A DNA stretch of 64,000 nt from Gammaproteobacteria bacterium (GTDB taxonomy: Bacteria > Pseudomonadota > Gammaproteobacteria > UBA4575). This document shows, piece by piece, positions 28,770 to 40,334 of this stretch. The position numbers and the translations under genes were made by a program. The stretch is taken from the NCBI GenBank assembly GCA_028279275.1, contig JANQOB010000012.1:20203-84202 (forward strand), read 5' to 3'. Each line of letters starts with the position of its first letter. The first letter of the stretch is position 1. The notes under the pieces were generated by a model. It ran no database searches. It was not told where the DNA came from and saw only the letters and a program-made list of their open reading frames with translations.

Positions 28770-29915
28770 ATGCCTTGGAACAGCCCAGGCGATGATAATA
28801 AAAACAAGGATCCATGGGGTCAGAACTCAGGGAATCAAGGTCCTCCTGATCTTGATGATGTTTTTCGTAACCTAAGCAAGAAATTTGGTGGGATTTTTGG
28901 CGGTGGATCGTCATCTGGAGGCTCTGGATCAGACGGCAAGCCTATTCTGCTTTTCATACTTATTGCAGCAATTGCTTTATGGGGTTTGTATGACAGGTTT
29001 GGTTTTTATGTTGTTAAGCAGGCAGAAAGAGGTGTCGAATTGCGTTTTGGTGAATTTCAAGAAATTACCAGCGCAGGTTTAAATTGGCATTTACCTTTCC
29101 CTATTGAAACTGTTGAAATTGTAAATGTTGATGAAGTACGTGAAGTTTCAAACCGTACCTCAATGCTGACACAGGATGAAAACATAGTAGAAGTTTCATT
29201 AGAGGCTCAATACAAAATTGGCGATGCTAAAGATTATGTCTTCAATGTTCGTGACCCTGATCAAACTGTTAAAGATGCCATGGAGAGTGCATTACGTGAG
29301 ATTGTCGGCAAAAGTAATATTGATTTTGTTTTGTTTGAAGGCCGTGCACAAATTTCTAGTGTCACAAGAGAATTACTACAAGAAATTCTAGATAGCTATA
29401 ATTCTGGAATTTTTATTCAAAAAGTAAACTTAGAGAGATCAGTTCCGCCAGACGCAGTTAAAGCTGCGTTTGATGATGCGATCAAATCTCGTGAAGATTT
29501 CAATCGCTTTATAAAAGAAGCTGAAGCTTATGCAAATAGCATACTTCCTCAGGCACGAGGTGAGGCTGCAAGGTTGTTACAAGAAGCAGATGCTTACAGA
29601 GATCGAGTTATTGCAAACTCTGAAGGTGAGGCAAAAAGATTTTTAAAGCTTTTAGCAGAATATGAAAAGGCTCCTGAAGTCACTCGTGAGCGTTTATATT
29701 TAGAGGCACTTGAATCTGTATATATGAATAGCAATAAAGTGTTAATGGATGTAGAAGGAGGAAATAACCTTTTATATCTCCCACTCGACCAAATAATAAA
29801 ACAACGTTCTTTGACAAATCCTCTTAGCACCTCAAGTGACACTTTTACCAGCGATAACTTTGGTTTAAGTGATCAGCCAGTAAACCCTGACAGCTCTATC
29901 CGACAAGGACGTTAA
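28770..29915 (+). CDS. hflK: FtsH modulator HflK
   Basis: MPWNSPG...DPW...GPPDLD N-terminus, SPFH domain, APEVTRERLYLE. Confidence 0.96.
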   Translation: MPWNSPGDDNKNKDPWGQNSGNQGPPDLDDVFRNLSKKFGGIFGGGSSSGGSGSDGKPILLFILIAAIALWGLYDRFGFYVVKQAERGVELRFGEFQEITSAGLNWHLPFPIETVEIVNVDEVREVSNRTSMLTQDENIVEVSLEAQYKIGDAKDYVFNVRDPDQTVKDAMESALREIVGKSNIDFVLFEGRAQISSVTRELLQEILDSYNSGIFIQKVNLERSVPPDAVKAAFDDAIKSREDFNRFIKEAEAYANSILPQARGEAARLLQEADAYRDRVIANSEGEAKRFLKLLAEYEKAPEVTRERLYLEALESVYMNSNKVLMDVEGGNNLLYLPLDQIIKQRSLTNPLSTSSDTFTSDNFGLSDQPVNPDSSIRQGR

Positions 29916-29917
29916 AT

Positions 29918-30784
29918 ATGAATAGTAAAATTGTACTTGCTGTAATCGCGTTATTAATTGTTGGATTCTTTAGTTTCACATTCCAAGTTGACCAACGCCA
30001 GACAGCGATAAAATTAAAGTTTGGTAAAGTTGATAAGGCTAATCTTGAGCCTGGCTTACATTTTAAAATTCCGGTCATGAATACAATAGAAAAATATGAT
30101 AATCGTATTTTGACTTTGGATGCACCACCAACTGAATTCCCAACAAATGAAAAGAAATACGTAATTGTTGATTTCTTTGTCAAGTGGCGAATTGATGATG
30201 TTGAAAGATATTATTTGGCTACAGGTGGACAAGAGTCCAGAGCTAATCAACGTCTAGAGTTAATTTTAGTAGATGGTCTGAAAAATGAGTTTGGAACACG
30301 CACGATTCAAGAAGTTGTCTCCGGTGAACGTGCAGAAATTATGGATGTAATACAAGTTCAGTCAAACATTGAAGCACAGAATTTTGGAATACAAGTAGTA
30401 GATGTTCGTGTCAGTAAAATTGACCTTCCTGAAACAGTAAGTGACTCAGTATTTAAGAACATGCGTGCTGAACGTGATCGAGTTGCGAAAGATTTTCGTG
30501 CTCGAGGCCGTGAGCAAGCTGAAGTCATACGAGCCACAGCAGATAAAGAACGTACTGTCATTTTGGCAAATGCGTACAAAGAAGCGGAGCAAGTGCGTGG
30601 TGATGGTGATGCGCAGTCTGCAAAGATCTATGCAGATGCATTTACACAAAATGAAGAGTTTTACAGCTTTACAAGAAGTTTAAAAGCATATACAAACACA
30701 TTTCATCAAACTAATAATAATGTGTTGATTCTAGAACCAGACTCTGAATTTTATCGATATTTTAAAAAATCTGAGCAAAATTAA
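29918..30784 (+). CDS. hflC: FtsH modulator HflC
   Basis: PGLHFKIP, MRAER, FYSFTRSLKAY. Confidence 0.96.
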   Translation: MNSKIVLAVIALLIVGFFSFTFQVDQRQTAIKLKFGKVDKANLEPGLHFKIPVMNTIEKYDNRILTLDAPPTEFPTNEKKYVIVDFFVKWRIDDVERYYLATGGQESRANQRLELILVDGLKNEFGTRTIQEVVSGERAEIMDVIQVQSNIEAQNFGIQVVDVRVSKIDLPETVSDSVFKNMRAERDRVAKDFRARGREQAEVIRATADKERTVILANAYKEAEQVRGDGDAQSAKIYADAFTQNEEFYSFTRSLKAYTNTFHQTNNNVLILEPDSEFYRYFKKSEQN

Positions 30785-30821
30785 ACTATCCAGTCTTATT
30801 TCCTATTTTTAACCAAACTTT

Positions 30822-31016
30822 ATGTGGAATGAAATACTGGTTGCGATCGCGCTAGTTTTAGTTGTTGAAGGAATCATTCCTTTTTTAGCGCCAGAAAAAT
30901 TTCGTCAAGCACTTGCACAACTTGTACAAATGCCAGACCAAGTACTTCGCATGATTGGTTTAGCAAGCATGACATTAGGAATTATCTTCCTGTATATCCT
31001 GAGATTAGTTAATTAG
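30822..31016 (+). CDS. DUF2065 (YjeT-like) membrane protein
   Basis: ALVLVVEGIIPFLAP...LRMIGL; position after hflC. Confidence 0.9.
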   Translation: MWNEILVAIALVLVVEGIIPFLAPEKFRQALAQLVQMPDQVLRMIGLASMTLGIIFLYILRLVN

Positions 31017-31018
31017 TT

Positions 31019-32200
31019 ATGAGTCAAGATCGCTGGTTGTTACCTGAAGGTATTGAAGAATCATTACCAGAAGAATCTGCCTGGTTGGAAATGTATCGGC
31101 GTGAACTAATTGATATGTTTTCAACCTGGGGTTATGAATTAGTAATGCCACCGTTAATTGAATATTTAGATTCATTATTAATTGGGCCTAGTGATGATCT
31201 TGATCTACAAACATTTAAGTTAACGGATCAGTTGACCGGGAAAATGATGGGGGTGCGTGCAGATATGACTTCGCAGGTGGCACGAATAGATGCGCATATG
31301 CTAAAGCGTGATGCACCGACACGATTTTGCTATATGGGTTCAGTATTACACACTCGTCCAGGTGGCCGTGATTTAACACGCAGTCCTTTACAAGTTGGTG
31401 CCGAACTATATGGCCATCGCGGATTAGATAGCGATGTTGAAGTTATTTGTTTAATGCTTGAGGCATTAAACTTAGTGGGTATTGAGAATATTCTGCTGGA
31501 TTTAGGGCATGTTGGTATTTTTACTAAATTAGTTGAACAAGCTGGTTTAAGTGATGCACAACAAAAGCAGCTACAAACTCTTTTACAACAGAAAGCATTT
31601 CCGGAATATGAGCAGTTTATCTCAAACTGTTCTCTAGATGAAAATTGCCACAATGTATTTTCTTCTTTAATAGAGTTAAGCGGTGGTGCAGAAGTTATTG
31701 CAACGACTAAAGAGCTTTTAAAAGATACTGATTCTGAAGTGATTAGTCATATTGAATATGTAGAAGAACTTGCACGACGTGTTTTAGATAATTATCCAAA
31801 TATTCAATTGCATTATGACTTTTCAGCATTGAGTGGATATCACTACCAAAATGGCGCGGTTTTTGCGGCTTATATTTCTGGGCAAGGTGGAGAAATTGCA
31901 CGCGGAGGTCGTTACGATATGATTGGTGAAGTATTTGGGCGTTCAAGACCTGCCACTGGATTCAGCATGGACTTAAAAGCGTTGGCAAAAATTTCACCTA
32001 AGTCGAATCAAGTTGTAAAAGGCATTTACGCACCTAGCGATAGTGACCCAAATTTGCAAATAAAAATTAAACAATTACGTGCGCAAGGTGAGAAAGTTGT
32101 TTGTGAGTTGCCTGGTCAACAAGGTAAAGCTCAAGATTTAGCTTGCAACCGTATCTTAGTTAAAGAAAACCAACAATGGATTATCAAAGATATCCAATAA
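31019..32200 (+). CDS. hisZ: ATP phosphoribosyltransferase regulatory subunit
   Basis: WLLPEGIEE, RADMTSQVARIDAH, RGGRYD; upstream of purA. Confidence 0.95.
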   Translation: MSQDRWLLPEGIEESLPEESAWLEMYRRELIDMFSTWGYELVMPPLIEYLDSLLIGPSDDLDLQTFKLTDQLTGKMMGVRADMTSQVARIDAHMLKRDAPTRFCYMGSVLHTRPGGRDLTRSPLQVGAELYGHRGLDSDVEVICLMLEALNLVGIENILLDLGHVGIFTKLVEQAGLSDAQQKQLQTLLQQKAFPEYEQFISNCSLDENCHNVFSSLIELSGGAEVIATTKELLKDTDSEVISHIEYVEELARRVLDNYPNIQLHYDFSALSGYHYQNGAVFAAYISGQGGEIARGGRYDMIGEVFGRSRPATGFSMDLKALAKISPKSNQVVKGIYAPSDSDPNLQIKIKQLRAQGEKVVCELPGQQGKAQDLACNRILVKENQQWIIKDIQ

Positions 32201-32209
32201 TAAAAATAG

Positions 32210-34030
<1,821 letters not shown>

Positions 34031-34322
34031 AACTTATTAATGTATTAAGTTTCGCATAAGAATAGTTATAAAAACTAAATTAGTGGAATCCTGATAATTT
34101 AACTATTCTTAATCAAAAAATGTAATTTTTTCTATATTTTACAAGCAGTTAGAAAATATTAGCTAATATAGCAAAGTTTTCTTTCGTGGCCGTCACTTAT
34201 GGCTTGTGAACCTTTTAATGAATGCCTTAGTCCAAATCAATAAATATGCAATGTGCGTGTAAACCAAATTATGGGTGACACGTTGTAAAAATATGAACAA
34301 CTCAAAACTAAAGAGGTTCCCC

Positions 34323-34805
34323 ATGTCTAAGCATTTCATGTTTTCAATGACTTTATTGATTAGCCTATTTTTAACCGCTTGCGCAACAAATCCTTATGGT
34401 GGCTATAGTACTCCCAGTAAACAAACTCAGGGGGCAGTTGCTGGCGGAGTGATTGGTGGGCTTTTGGGCTCTACAGTTGGGGATGGAAGAGGTACTGTCT
34501 GGGCAGCCGCTGCAGGTACATTAATTGGTGCTTTGGCAGGCGCACATGTAGGTCGTCAGCTGGATGAATTGGATCGCTACCACGCTGGTAGAACATTAGA
34601 AACTGCCCCTACAGGTGCTACAAAAGAATGGGTTAATCCTGATTCCGGAACAGCTTATTCAGTTACTCCTACCCGTACTTATGATTCCGGGCATGGAACA
34701 CCATGTCGGGAGTTCACTATGGATGCTGATATTGGGGGTCAAACAGAGCAAGTGTATGGAACTGCATGTAGACAAGCCGATGGTAGTTGGAAGATGTCTG
34801 CATAG
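34323..34805 (+). CDS. Glycine-zipper lipoprotein, 17-kDa surface antigen (RT0821/Lpp0805-like)
   Basis: Lipobox LTAC, Gly zipper, WVNPDSG, CREF...YGTACRQADGSW; GAGG RBS before ATG 34323. Confidence 0.9.
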   Translation: MSKHFMFSMTLLISLFLTACATNPYGGYSTPSKQTQGAVAGGVIGGLLGSTVGDGRGTVWAAAAGTLIGALAGAHVGRQLDELDRYHAGRTLETAPTGATKEWVNPDSGTAYSVTPTRTYDSGHGTPCREFTMDADIGGQTEQVYGTACRQADGSWKMSA

Positions 34806-34822
34806 ATCGCTCCGTTTAAATT

Positions 34823-34856
34823 AAAAAAAAGCCCCGTGTGTAAAAACGGGGCTTTA
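34823..34856. terminator. Bidirectional intrinsic terminator
   Basis: A8-GCCCCGT...ACGGGGC-TTT between convergent genes. Confidence 0.85.
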
Positions 34857-34885
34857 ATTATTAGGATGCTAATGAATATTCAATC

Positions 34886-35449
34886 TTATCTACGAGATTT
34901 AATCGTATCTTGTTTCATATTTTGAGCAAGCCATGCTTTGATTGGCCAAGGGAATATATTTTCTGACTTTGAAATGTCTTCCCATCCTAGCTCAACATAG
35001 CATTGATAAGCATCTGTACCATAAATATTTTGTACGTGTGTAGGTTTGCTTTCGCCTACTGAGTCACCTTTGACTTCTTCATCTCTAAATGCATAAAGAG
35101 TGGGCACTGCATCACATTGCTCGTTTGTTTGTAAAATGGTGATATACGCGCATTCAACGTTTTTACGATATAGCACTTGGTAATTAACAATTTCTAGGCT
35201 TTCAGAAACAGGTTTATTTTCAGCTATTTCTTCTGATTCGTCTTGCTGAAATTGTTTAAAGACTTCGTCAAATTCATGGTCACCGATATCTGCAGTAGTA
35301 ATTTCTAAGCCTTCTGTCCTGCGACGATCTCCAAATGTACGACGCTCTTTCTCTACTAACTCGCCCTGATTATTTTTTAGTGGAGGCGATTTTTTTTCAT
35401 TTTTGTTTCTACGGTCATCTCCAGATCTGCGATCGTATAGAGCCTTCAT
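34886..35449 (-). CDS. Hypothetical protein with N-terminal [ED]RR module
   Basis: AAGGGAAG RBS before ATG 35449 (MKALYDRRSGDDRR); shares the module with both FHA proteins. Confidence 0.8.
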   Translation of the reverse strand: MKALYDRRSGDDRRNKNEKKSPPLKNNQGELVEKERRTFGDRRRTEGLEITTADIGDHEFDEVFKQFQQDESEEIAENKPVSESLEIVNYQVLYRKNVECAYITILQTNEQCDAVPTLYAFRDEEVKGDSVGESKPTHVQNIYGTDAYQCYVELGWEDISKSENIFPWPIKAWLAQNMKQDTIKSRR

Positions 35450-35731
35450 ATACTTCCCTTTAAGTAATTCCCATATTGAGTGTGCGCAAAATTGTTTAAA
35501 ACCATACCAGTCATAGGAACTATAAATGCGAAGTAGGTCACATTGGGTCTTCCATTCAGTGGGCAATTTTTGCCTTTAGAGAGAATGCATGCTTAATGGA
35601 TAAAGTTAGTCGCAATCACATACACAGGTTTCAGCTTTTCCTCGAAGATAATTTCATACTTTGGATTTCAGATATTTATCAATGAGTAAAGATTTCCAGT
35701 TTTGTTGATGAGGTAGTAGAGTGCACCAAAT

Positions 35732-37984
35732 ATGCCTCGCAAAAAAAAGAAAAAATTAATCGATCCCTACGCTAAACGCGAGGCTTCTAAGTATGAACAA
35801 CCGATTGCCAGTCGGGAGTTAGTTTTGCAAATACTTGAGCAAAGTGATGGACCTCTATCGCTGAGCGCATTGCATGAGGTATTAGATATCAATTCTGAAG
35901 AAGTGATTGATGCACTTGCAAGACGTTTAGCCGCTATGGAACGGGATGGTCAAATTATTCGCAATCGTCAAAATCATTATTTACCAATTTCAAAAGTTGA
36001 TTTAGTGCGTGGGCGTGTGATGGGACATCCTGATGGGTTTGGATTTTTAATTCCAGATGAAGGTGGAGAGGATTTATTTTTACCTCCTTATGAAATGCGT
36101 ACGCTAATGCATGGTGATCGTGCAGTAGTTCGTCCCGCGGGTAAATCTAAACGCGGTAAGTTACAGGGCAAATTAGTAGAAATTATTGAGCGTAATAATA
36201 AGCAAATCGTTGGCCGCTACTATAAAGAATCTGGCATCGGGTTTGTTGTGCCAGATAACAAACGCCTTAGTCAGGACGTAATGATCCCTGCCAAAAATTC
36301 TATGCAAGCTACAAGTGGGCAATTTGTTGTGGCATCTATCCTCGAGCAACCCAATAAATTTCGTCAACCGATAGGAAAAGTGATAGAAGTTATAGGTGAT
36401 CATCTCGCACCAGGTATGGAAATTGATGTTGCTATCCGCTCATATGATCTACCCTATAAATGGAATGACGAAGTCCTTCAGCAAGTTGAAAAATTTAGTC
36501 AAGATGATATTCAGCAACAGCTTAAGCACCGAAAAGATTTACGAGAATTACATTTTGTTACTATTGATGGTAGTGATGCAAAAGACTTCGATGATGCAGT
36601 ATATTGTGAGGCTCGTGATAATGGTTGGCGTTTATGGGTTGCTATTGCAGATGTGTCCCATTATGTAGAACTCGATTCAGCCCTTGATCTTGAAGCACGC
36701 AACCGTGGCACCTCAGTGTATTTCCCAGAGCGTGTCATTCCTATGTTACCGGAAGCACTATCTAATGAGTTATGTTCTTTAAGGCCTGAAGTAGATCGTC
36801 TTTGTATGGTTTGTGAGATGTTCATAAATCAAAGCGGCGAATTAAAAAGCTATAAATTTTATGATGCAGTAATGCGTTCATCAGCGAGACTGACCTATGA
36901 TGAAGTGCAAAAAATACTGTATGAAAAAGATAAAAAAGCTAGGGAGCAAAATGAACATTTGCTAAATGACTTAGAAAATTTGCAAGCTGTTTATAATTCT
37001 TTACGTAAGCAACGCAAAAAACGCGGAGCTATTGATTTTGATACTAAAGAAACTTTATTTGAATTTGATGATGATAAAAAAATAAAAGCCATTCTGCCGC
37101 GAGAGCGATTCCAGGCGCACATGATTATTGAAGAATGCATGATAGTGGCTAATGTTGCGGCGGCAAAATTCATTACGCGTGAAAAATTACCTACATTATT
37201 CCGTGTGCATGAAGAACCCACAGCTGAAAAATTACGTGATATGCGTGAATTTCTTGAGTCATTAGGTGTTGGGTTTAGTAAAGCTAAAAAACCTGGACCT
37301 AGTGACTACATGGCAGTGATAAAAAAGGTTGGCTTGCGTAAAGATAAGCATATTATTGAGATGATGTTGTTAAGATCCATGGCGCAGGCCGTTTACAGTC
37401 CTGATAGCATTGGCCATTTTGGTCTAGCACTTTCCTTATATGCACATTTTACTTCTCCTATTCGGCGTTATCCTGATCTCGTGGTGCATCGAACGATTCG
37501 TCATTTGCTTGCTGGTGAAAATAAGGCTTCTTTCCCTCTTTCGCAGAATGATTTGGTGTTACTTGGTGAGCATTGCTCAATGTGTGAACGACGTGCAGAT
37601 GATGCAACGCGCGATGTGGATGCCTGGCTAAAATGTGAATTTATGTTGGATAAAATTGGGAAAGAATTTGATGGTGTAATCACATCGGTTACCGCATTTG
37701 GTTTCTTTGTGATGTTGAATAATTATTTTGTTGAAGGATTAGTGCATGTCACTACATTGAAAAGTGACTATTATCATTTTGATGAGCAATCACACTGTTT
37801 ATTTGGTGAGCGAAGTAAGACTCGTTATGGTTTGGGGGATGAAGTAAAAATAACTGTCGCAAGAGTGAGTTTAGATGAGCGAAAAATGGATTTTTCATTG
37901 TCTCAAATTGACGATAGAAATATACATCGCTCTAAGCAATTCAAGCCAAAAACCTCGAAGAAGAAAAGAAAAAAAATTAAATAA
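35732..37984 (+). CDS. rnr: Ribonuclease R
   Basis: HPDGFGFL, TIDGSDAKDFDDA, HFTSPIRRYPDL, S1 domain, basic tail. Confidence 0.97.
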   Translation: MPRKKKKKLIDPYAKREASKYEQPIASRELVLQILEQSDGPLSLSALHEVLDINSEEVIDALARRLAAMERDGQIIRNRQNHYLPISKVDLVRGRVMGHPDGFGFLIPDEGGEDLFLPPYEMRTLMHGDRAVVRPAGKSKRGKLQGKLVEIIERNNKQIVGRYYKESGIGFVVPDNKRLSQDVMIPAKNSMQATSGQFVVASILEQPNKFRQPIGKVIEVIGDHLAPGMEIDVAIRSYDLPYKWNDEVLQQVEKFSQDDIQQQLKHRKDLRELHFVTIDGSDAKDFDDAVYCEARDNGWRLWVAIADVSHYVELDSALDLEARNRGTSVYFPERVIPMLPEALSNELCSLRPEVDRLCMVCEMFINQSGELKSYKFYDAVMRSSARLTYDEVQKILYEKDKKAREQNEHLLNDLENLQAVYNSLRKQRKKRGAIDFDTKETLFEFDDDKKIKAILPRERFQAHMIIEECMIVANVAAAKFITREKLPTLFRVHEEPTAEKLRDMREFLESLGVGFSKAKKPGPSDYMAVIKKVGLRKDKHIIEMMLLRSMAQAVYSPDSIGHFGLALSLYAHFTSPIRRYPDLVVHRTIRHLLAGENKASFPLSQNDLVLLGEHCSMCERRADDATRDVDAWLKCEFMLDKIGKEFDGVITSVTAFGFFVMLNNYFVEGLVHVTTLKSDYYHFDEQSHCLFGERSKTRYGLGDEVKITVARVSLDERKMDFSLSQIDDRNIHRSKQFKPKTSKKKRKKIK

Positions 37985-38730
37985 TGAAAAATTTATCTTT
38001 TGGGTTCTATAGCTGTTTAGCTGCAGTACAGGATCGACCTTTCCATATTAAAGAAGTGTGCTTATTAGATGGTAAAAAAGATAAACGACTTCAACTACTC
38101 AAAAATGAGATTACTGCTAATAATCTTGCCCACCGTTTTATAAATAAAAATGAACTCGAGCTACTGTGCGGGGTAAAAAATCATCAAGGGGTAGTGGTGA
38201 TTTACAAACAGCAACAAACATATAGTGAAGCGGCATTATTAGATTATTGTGCTTCAGCTACTGAGCCATTATTGCTTTTGGTACTGGATCAAATTGTTGA
38301 TCCACATAATTTAGGAGCATGTTTGCGTACTGCAGAAGCTGCGGGCGTGAATGCTGTTATCAGCTCGACACGAAAGTCTGCACCGCTTACACCAACGGTA
38401 CGTAAGGTTGCTTGCGGAGCCGCTGAACGAATACCGCTAATTTTTGCTAAAAATCTCGTGCGGTTTTTAGGCGAGCTCAAACAACTTGGAATATGGGTTT
38501 ATGGTACACAACCCACGGCGAGTAAATTGCTCTATGAGACTGATTTTTGTCGTTCCATGGCGTTGGTAATTGGTGCAGAGGGTAAGGGCATGCGTCGTCT
38601 CGTGAGCGAAAAATGTGATGAACTATTGCGCATGCCGATGTCTGGAGAAATGGCGAGCTTAAATGCTTCCGTTGCGGCGGGTATTGGTTTATTTGAGGCA
38701 GTACGCCAGCGTAGTAGCACGAAGCTCTAA
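37984..38730 (+). CDS. rlmB: 23S rRNA Gm2251 methyltransferase
   Basis: HQGV, DPHNLGACLR, GAEGKG, SLNASVA; follows rnr. Confidence 0.95.
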   Translation: MKNLSFGFYSCLAAVQDRPFHIKEVCLLDGKKDKRLQLLKNEITANNLAHRFINKNELELLCGVKNHQGVVVIYKQQQTYSEAALLDYCASATEPLLLLVLDQIVDPHNLGACLRTAEAAGVNAVISSTRKSAPLTPTVRKVACGAAERIPLIFAKNLVRFLGELKQLGIWVYGTQPTASKLLYETDFCRSMALVIGAEGKGMRRLVSEKCDELLRMPMSGEMASLNASVAAGIGLFEAVRQRSSTKL

Positions 38731-38836
38731 TATCATCTGATCTTGCGTTAAAATATGTCGTCAAAATACTCATTTGCTTGGATGTAAACTCCGTTTTTAC
38801 GCCATATTTTGCCTAAGCTCAGAAGATATTAGAGCT
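38723..38836. repeat. ~114-bp palindromic intergenic element, divergent copy 3
   Basis: Terminal inverted repeats AGCTCTAATATCATCTGA / TCAGAAGATATTAGAGCT; shares CGTTAAAA, CTCAT and TTTGCCT landmarks with copies 1-2; contains the rlmB stop codon. Confidence 0.75.
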
Positions 38837-38922
38837 CCTTATGGGTAGAGGTGTGCGAGATTTCGTGCTTCTGCTTGCTAGAAATCTGGGCATCACGTAG
38901 ACTTCGCGGCTCAAAATTTGTA

Positions 38923-38984
38923 ACTCCTTGCTTCACTGGGGCGTAATTGTCACCAGGAGGCTTAAACCCAAAGGGAGCATATAT
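38923..38984 (+). promoter_or_regulatory. Probable rpsF leader (S6:S18 autogenous control element)
   Basis: CTCCTT able to pair with the AAGGGAG RBS, inner hairpin and unpaired ACCC just upstream of the RBS. Confidence 0.55.
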
Positions 38985-39443
38985 ATGCGTCACTACGAAA
39001 TAGTGTTTCTGGTGCATCCGGACCAGAGCGATCAAGTACCGGCGATGATTGAGCGTTATCGTTCAATAATTGATCAAGGTAAAGGCAAGGTTCACCGTCT
39101 CGAAGACTGGGGACGTCTACAATTAGCTTATCCAATTCAAAAAATTCATAAAGCACATTATGTGTTAATGAATATCGAGTGTAATCAAGAAGTATTAGAT
39201 GAATTAACGAGCTCATTTCGTTTTAACGATGCGGTTATTCGTAACATGGTGATTTCAGCGAAAAGGGCTGAAACTGAGAAATCCGCAATGCTAAAGATGA
39301 TTGAGCAAGAAGATGCTGATAGCGGTAAAAAAGCAACCGCTCAATCTTATTCTGAAAATGAAACAAGTGCAGATGAAGATAATCTTGCGCCTGTTTCAGA
39401 TGATCAGGCTGAAGAAGTTACTGTCGAATCATCAGATAGCTAA
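38985..39443 (+). CDS. rpsF: 30S ribosomal protein S6 with long acidic tail
   Basis: [27 protein letters not shown]; start at ATG 38985, not the track's TTG. Confidence 0.97.
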   Translation: MRHYEIVFLVHPDQSDQVPAMIERYRSIIDQGKGKVHRLEDWGRLQLAYPIQKIHKAHYVLMNIECNQEVLDELTSSFRFNDAVIRNMVISAKRAETEKSAMLKMIEQEDADSGKKATAQSYSENETSADEDNLAPVSDDQAEEVTVESSDS

Positions 39444-39469
39444 ATAAACAATATTAAAGGAAAAATATC

Positions 39470-39694
39470 ATGGCACATTATTTTCGTAGAAGAAGGTATT
39501 GCCGCTTCACTGAAGAAGGTATTGAAGAAGTAGATTACAAAGATATTGCAATTTTGAAGGATTTCATAACTGAAACAGGCAAGATTGTTCCGAGTCGTGT
39601 AACAGGCACTAAAGCTAAGTATCAGCGTCAATTATCTACTGCAATCAAACGCGCACGCTATATTGCGTTGTTACCTTATAGTGATCGCCACTAA
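39470..39694 (+). CDS. rpsR: 30S ribosomal protein S18
   Basis: [27 protein letters not shown]. Confidence 0.98.
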   Translation: MAHYFRRRRYCRFTEEGIEEVDYKDIAILKDFITETGKIVPSRVTGTKAKYQRQLSTAIKRARYIALLPYSDRH

Positions 39695-39855
39695 CAATTA
39701 CATAGTTAAGAATATAGTGGTTGAGGCATTATTTAGAATTTTATCTGAAGCGATGTTTAAATTTATATTCAGACATATCGCATATTGTCGTGGTTAATAA
39801 ATAATCAAATTTGTAAGCCAATTTTTATTATAATAAATCAAACGAAGAGAACGTT

Positions 39856-40305
39856 ATGGAAGTTATATTATTAACAAAAGTAGATAATCTTGGAGACTTA
39901 GGCGATAAAGTTAAAGTACGTCCTGGTTATGCACGAAACTTTTTAATCCCTAGCGGTAAAGCAAAGTTTGCTACTGCAGAAAATTTAGCAGAGTTTGAGG
40001 CACGTCGTGTTGAACTGGAAAAACTGGCTGCCGAAACATTAGCAAATGCGGAAGCTCGTAAAGCAGAATTAGATGGTACTAAAATTAGTATCACTGCCAA
40101 GGCTGTGGGAGAAGGAAAATTATTTGGCTCTGTTGGTATGGTGGATATTGTAAATGCTTTAAGTGAAGCGGGTAAAAAAGTTGAAAAGAAAGAAGTGCGT
40201 TTACCTGATGGTTCTTTTCATCATGCTGGGGAATATCAGGTTGATATCCATTTGCACTCCGATGTAAACGCAACAATTAATTTAGAGATTATTGGCGAAG
40301 AATAA
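39856..40305 (+). CDS. rplI: 50S ribosomal protein L9
   Basis: VKVRPGYARNFLIP, GKLFGSV. Confidence 0.98.
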   Translation: MEVILLTKVDNLGDLGDKVKVRPGYARNFLIPSGKAKFATAENLAEFEARRVELEKLAAETLANAEARKAELDGTKISITAKAVGEGKLFGSVGMVDIVNALSEAGKKVEKKEVRLPDGSFHHAGEYQVDIHLHSDVNATINLEIIGEE

Positions 40306-40334
40306 TTTATGTATCGTCATTTTAGAAATATCTT

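Noticed and set aside
38928-38984. N-terminal extension of S6
   Set aside because: The canonical MRHYE start with an RBS is at 38985; the upstream part is leader RNA.
39717-39797. 26-codon GTG ORF between rpsR and rplI
   Set aside because: No convincing RBS or recognisable features; likely chance in AT-rich DNA.
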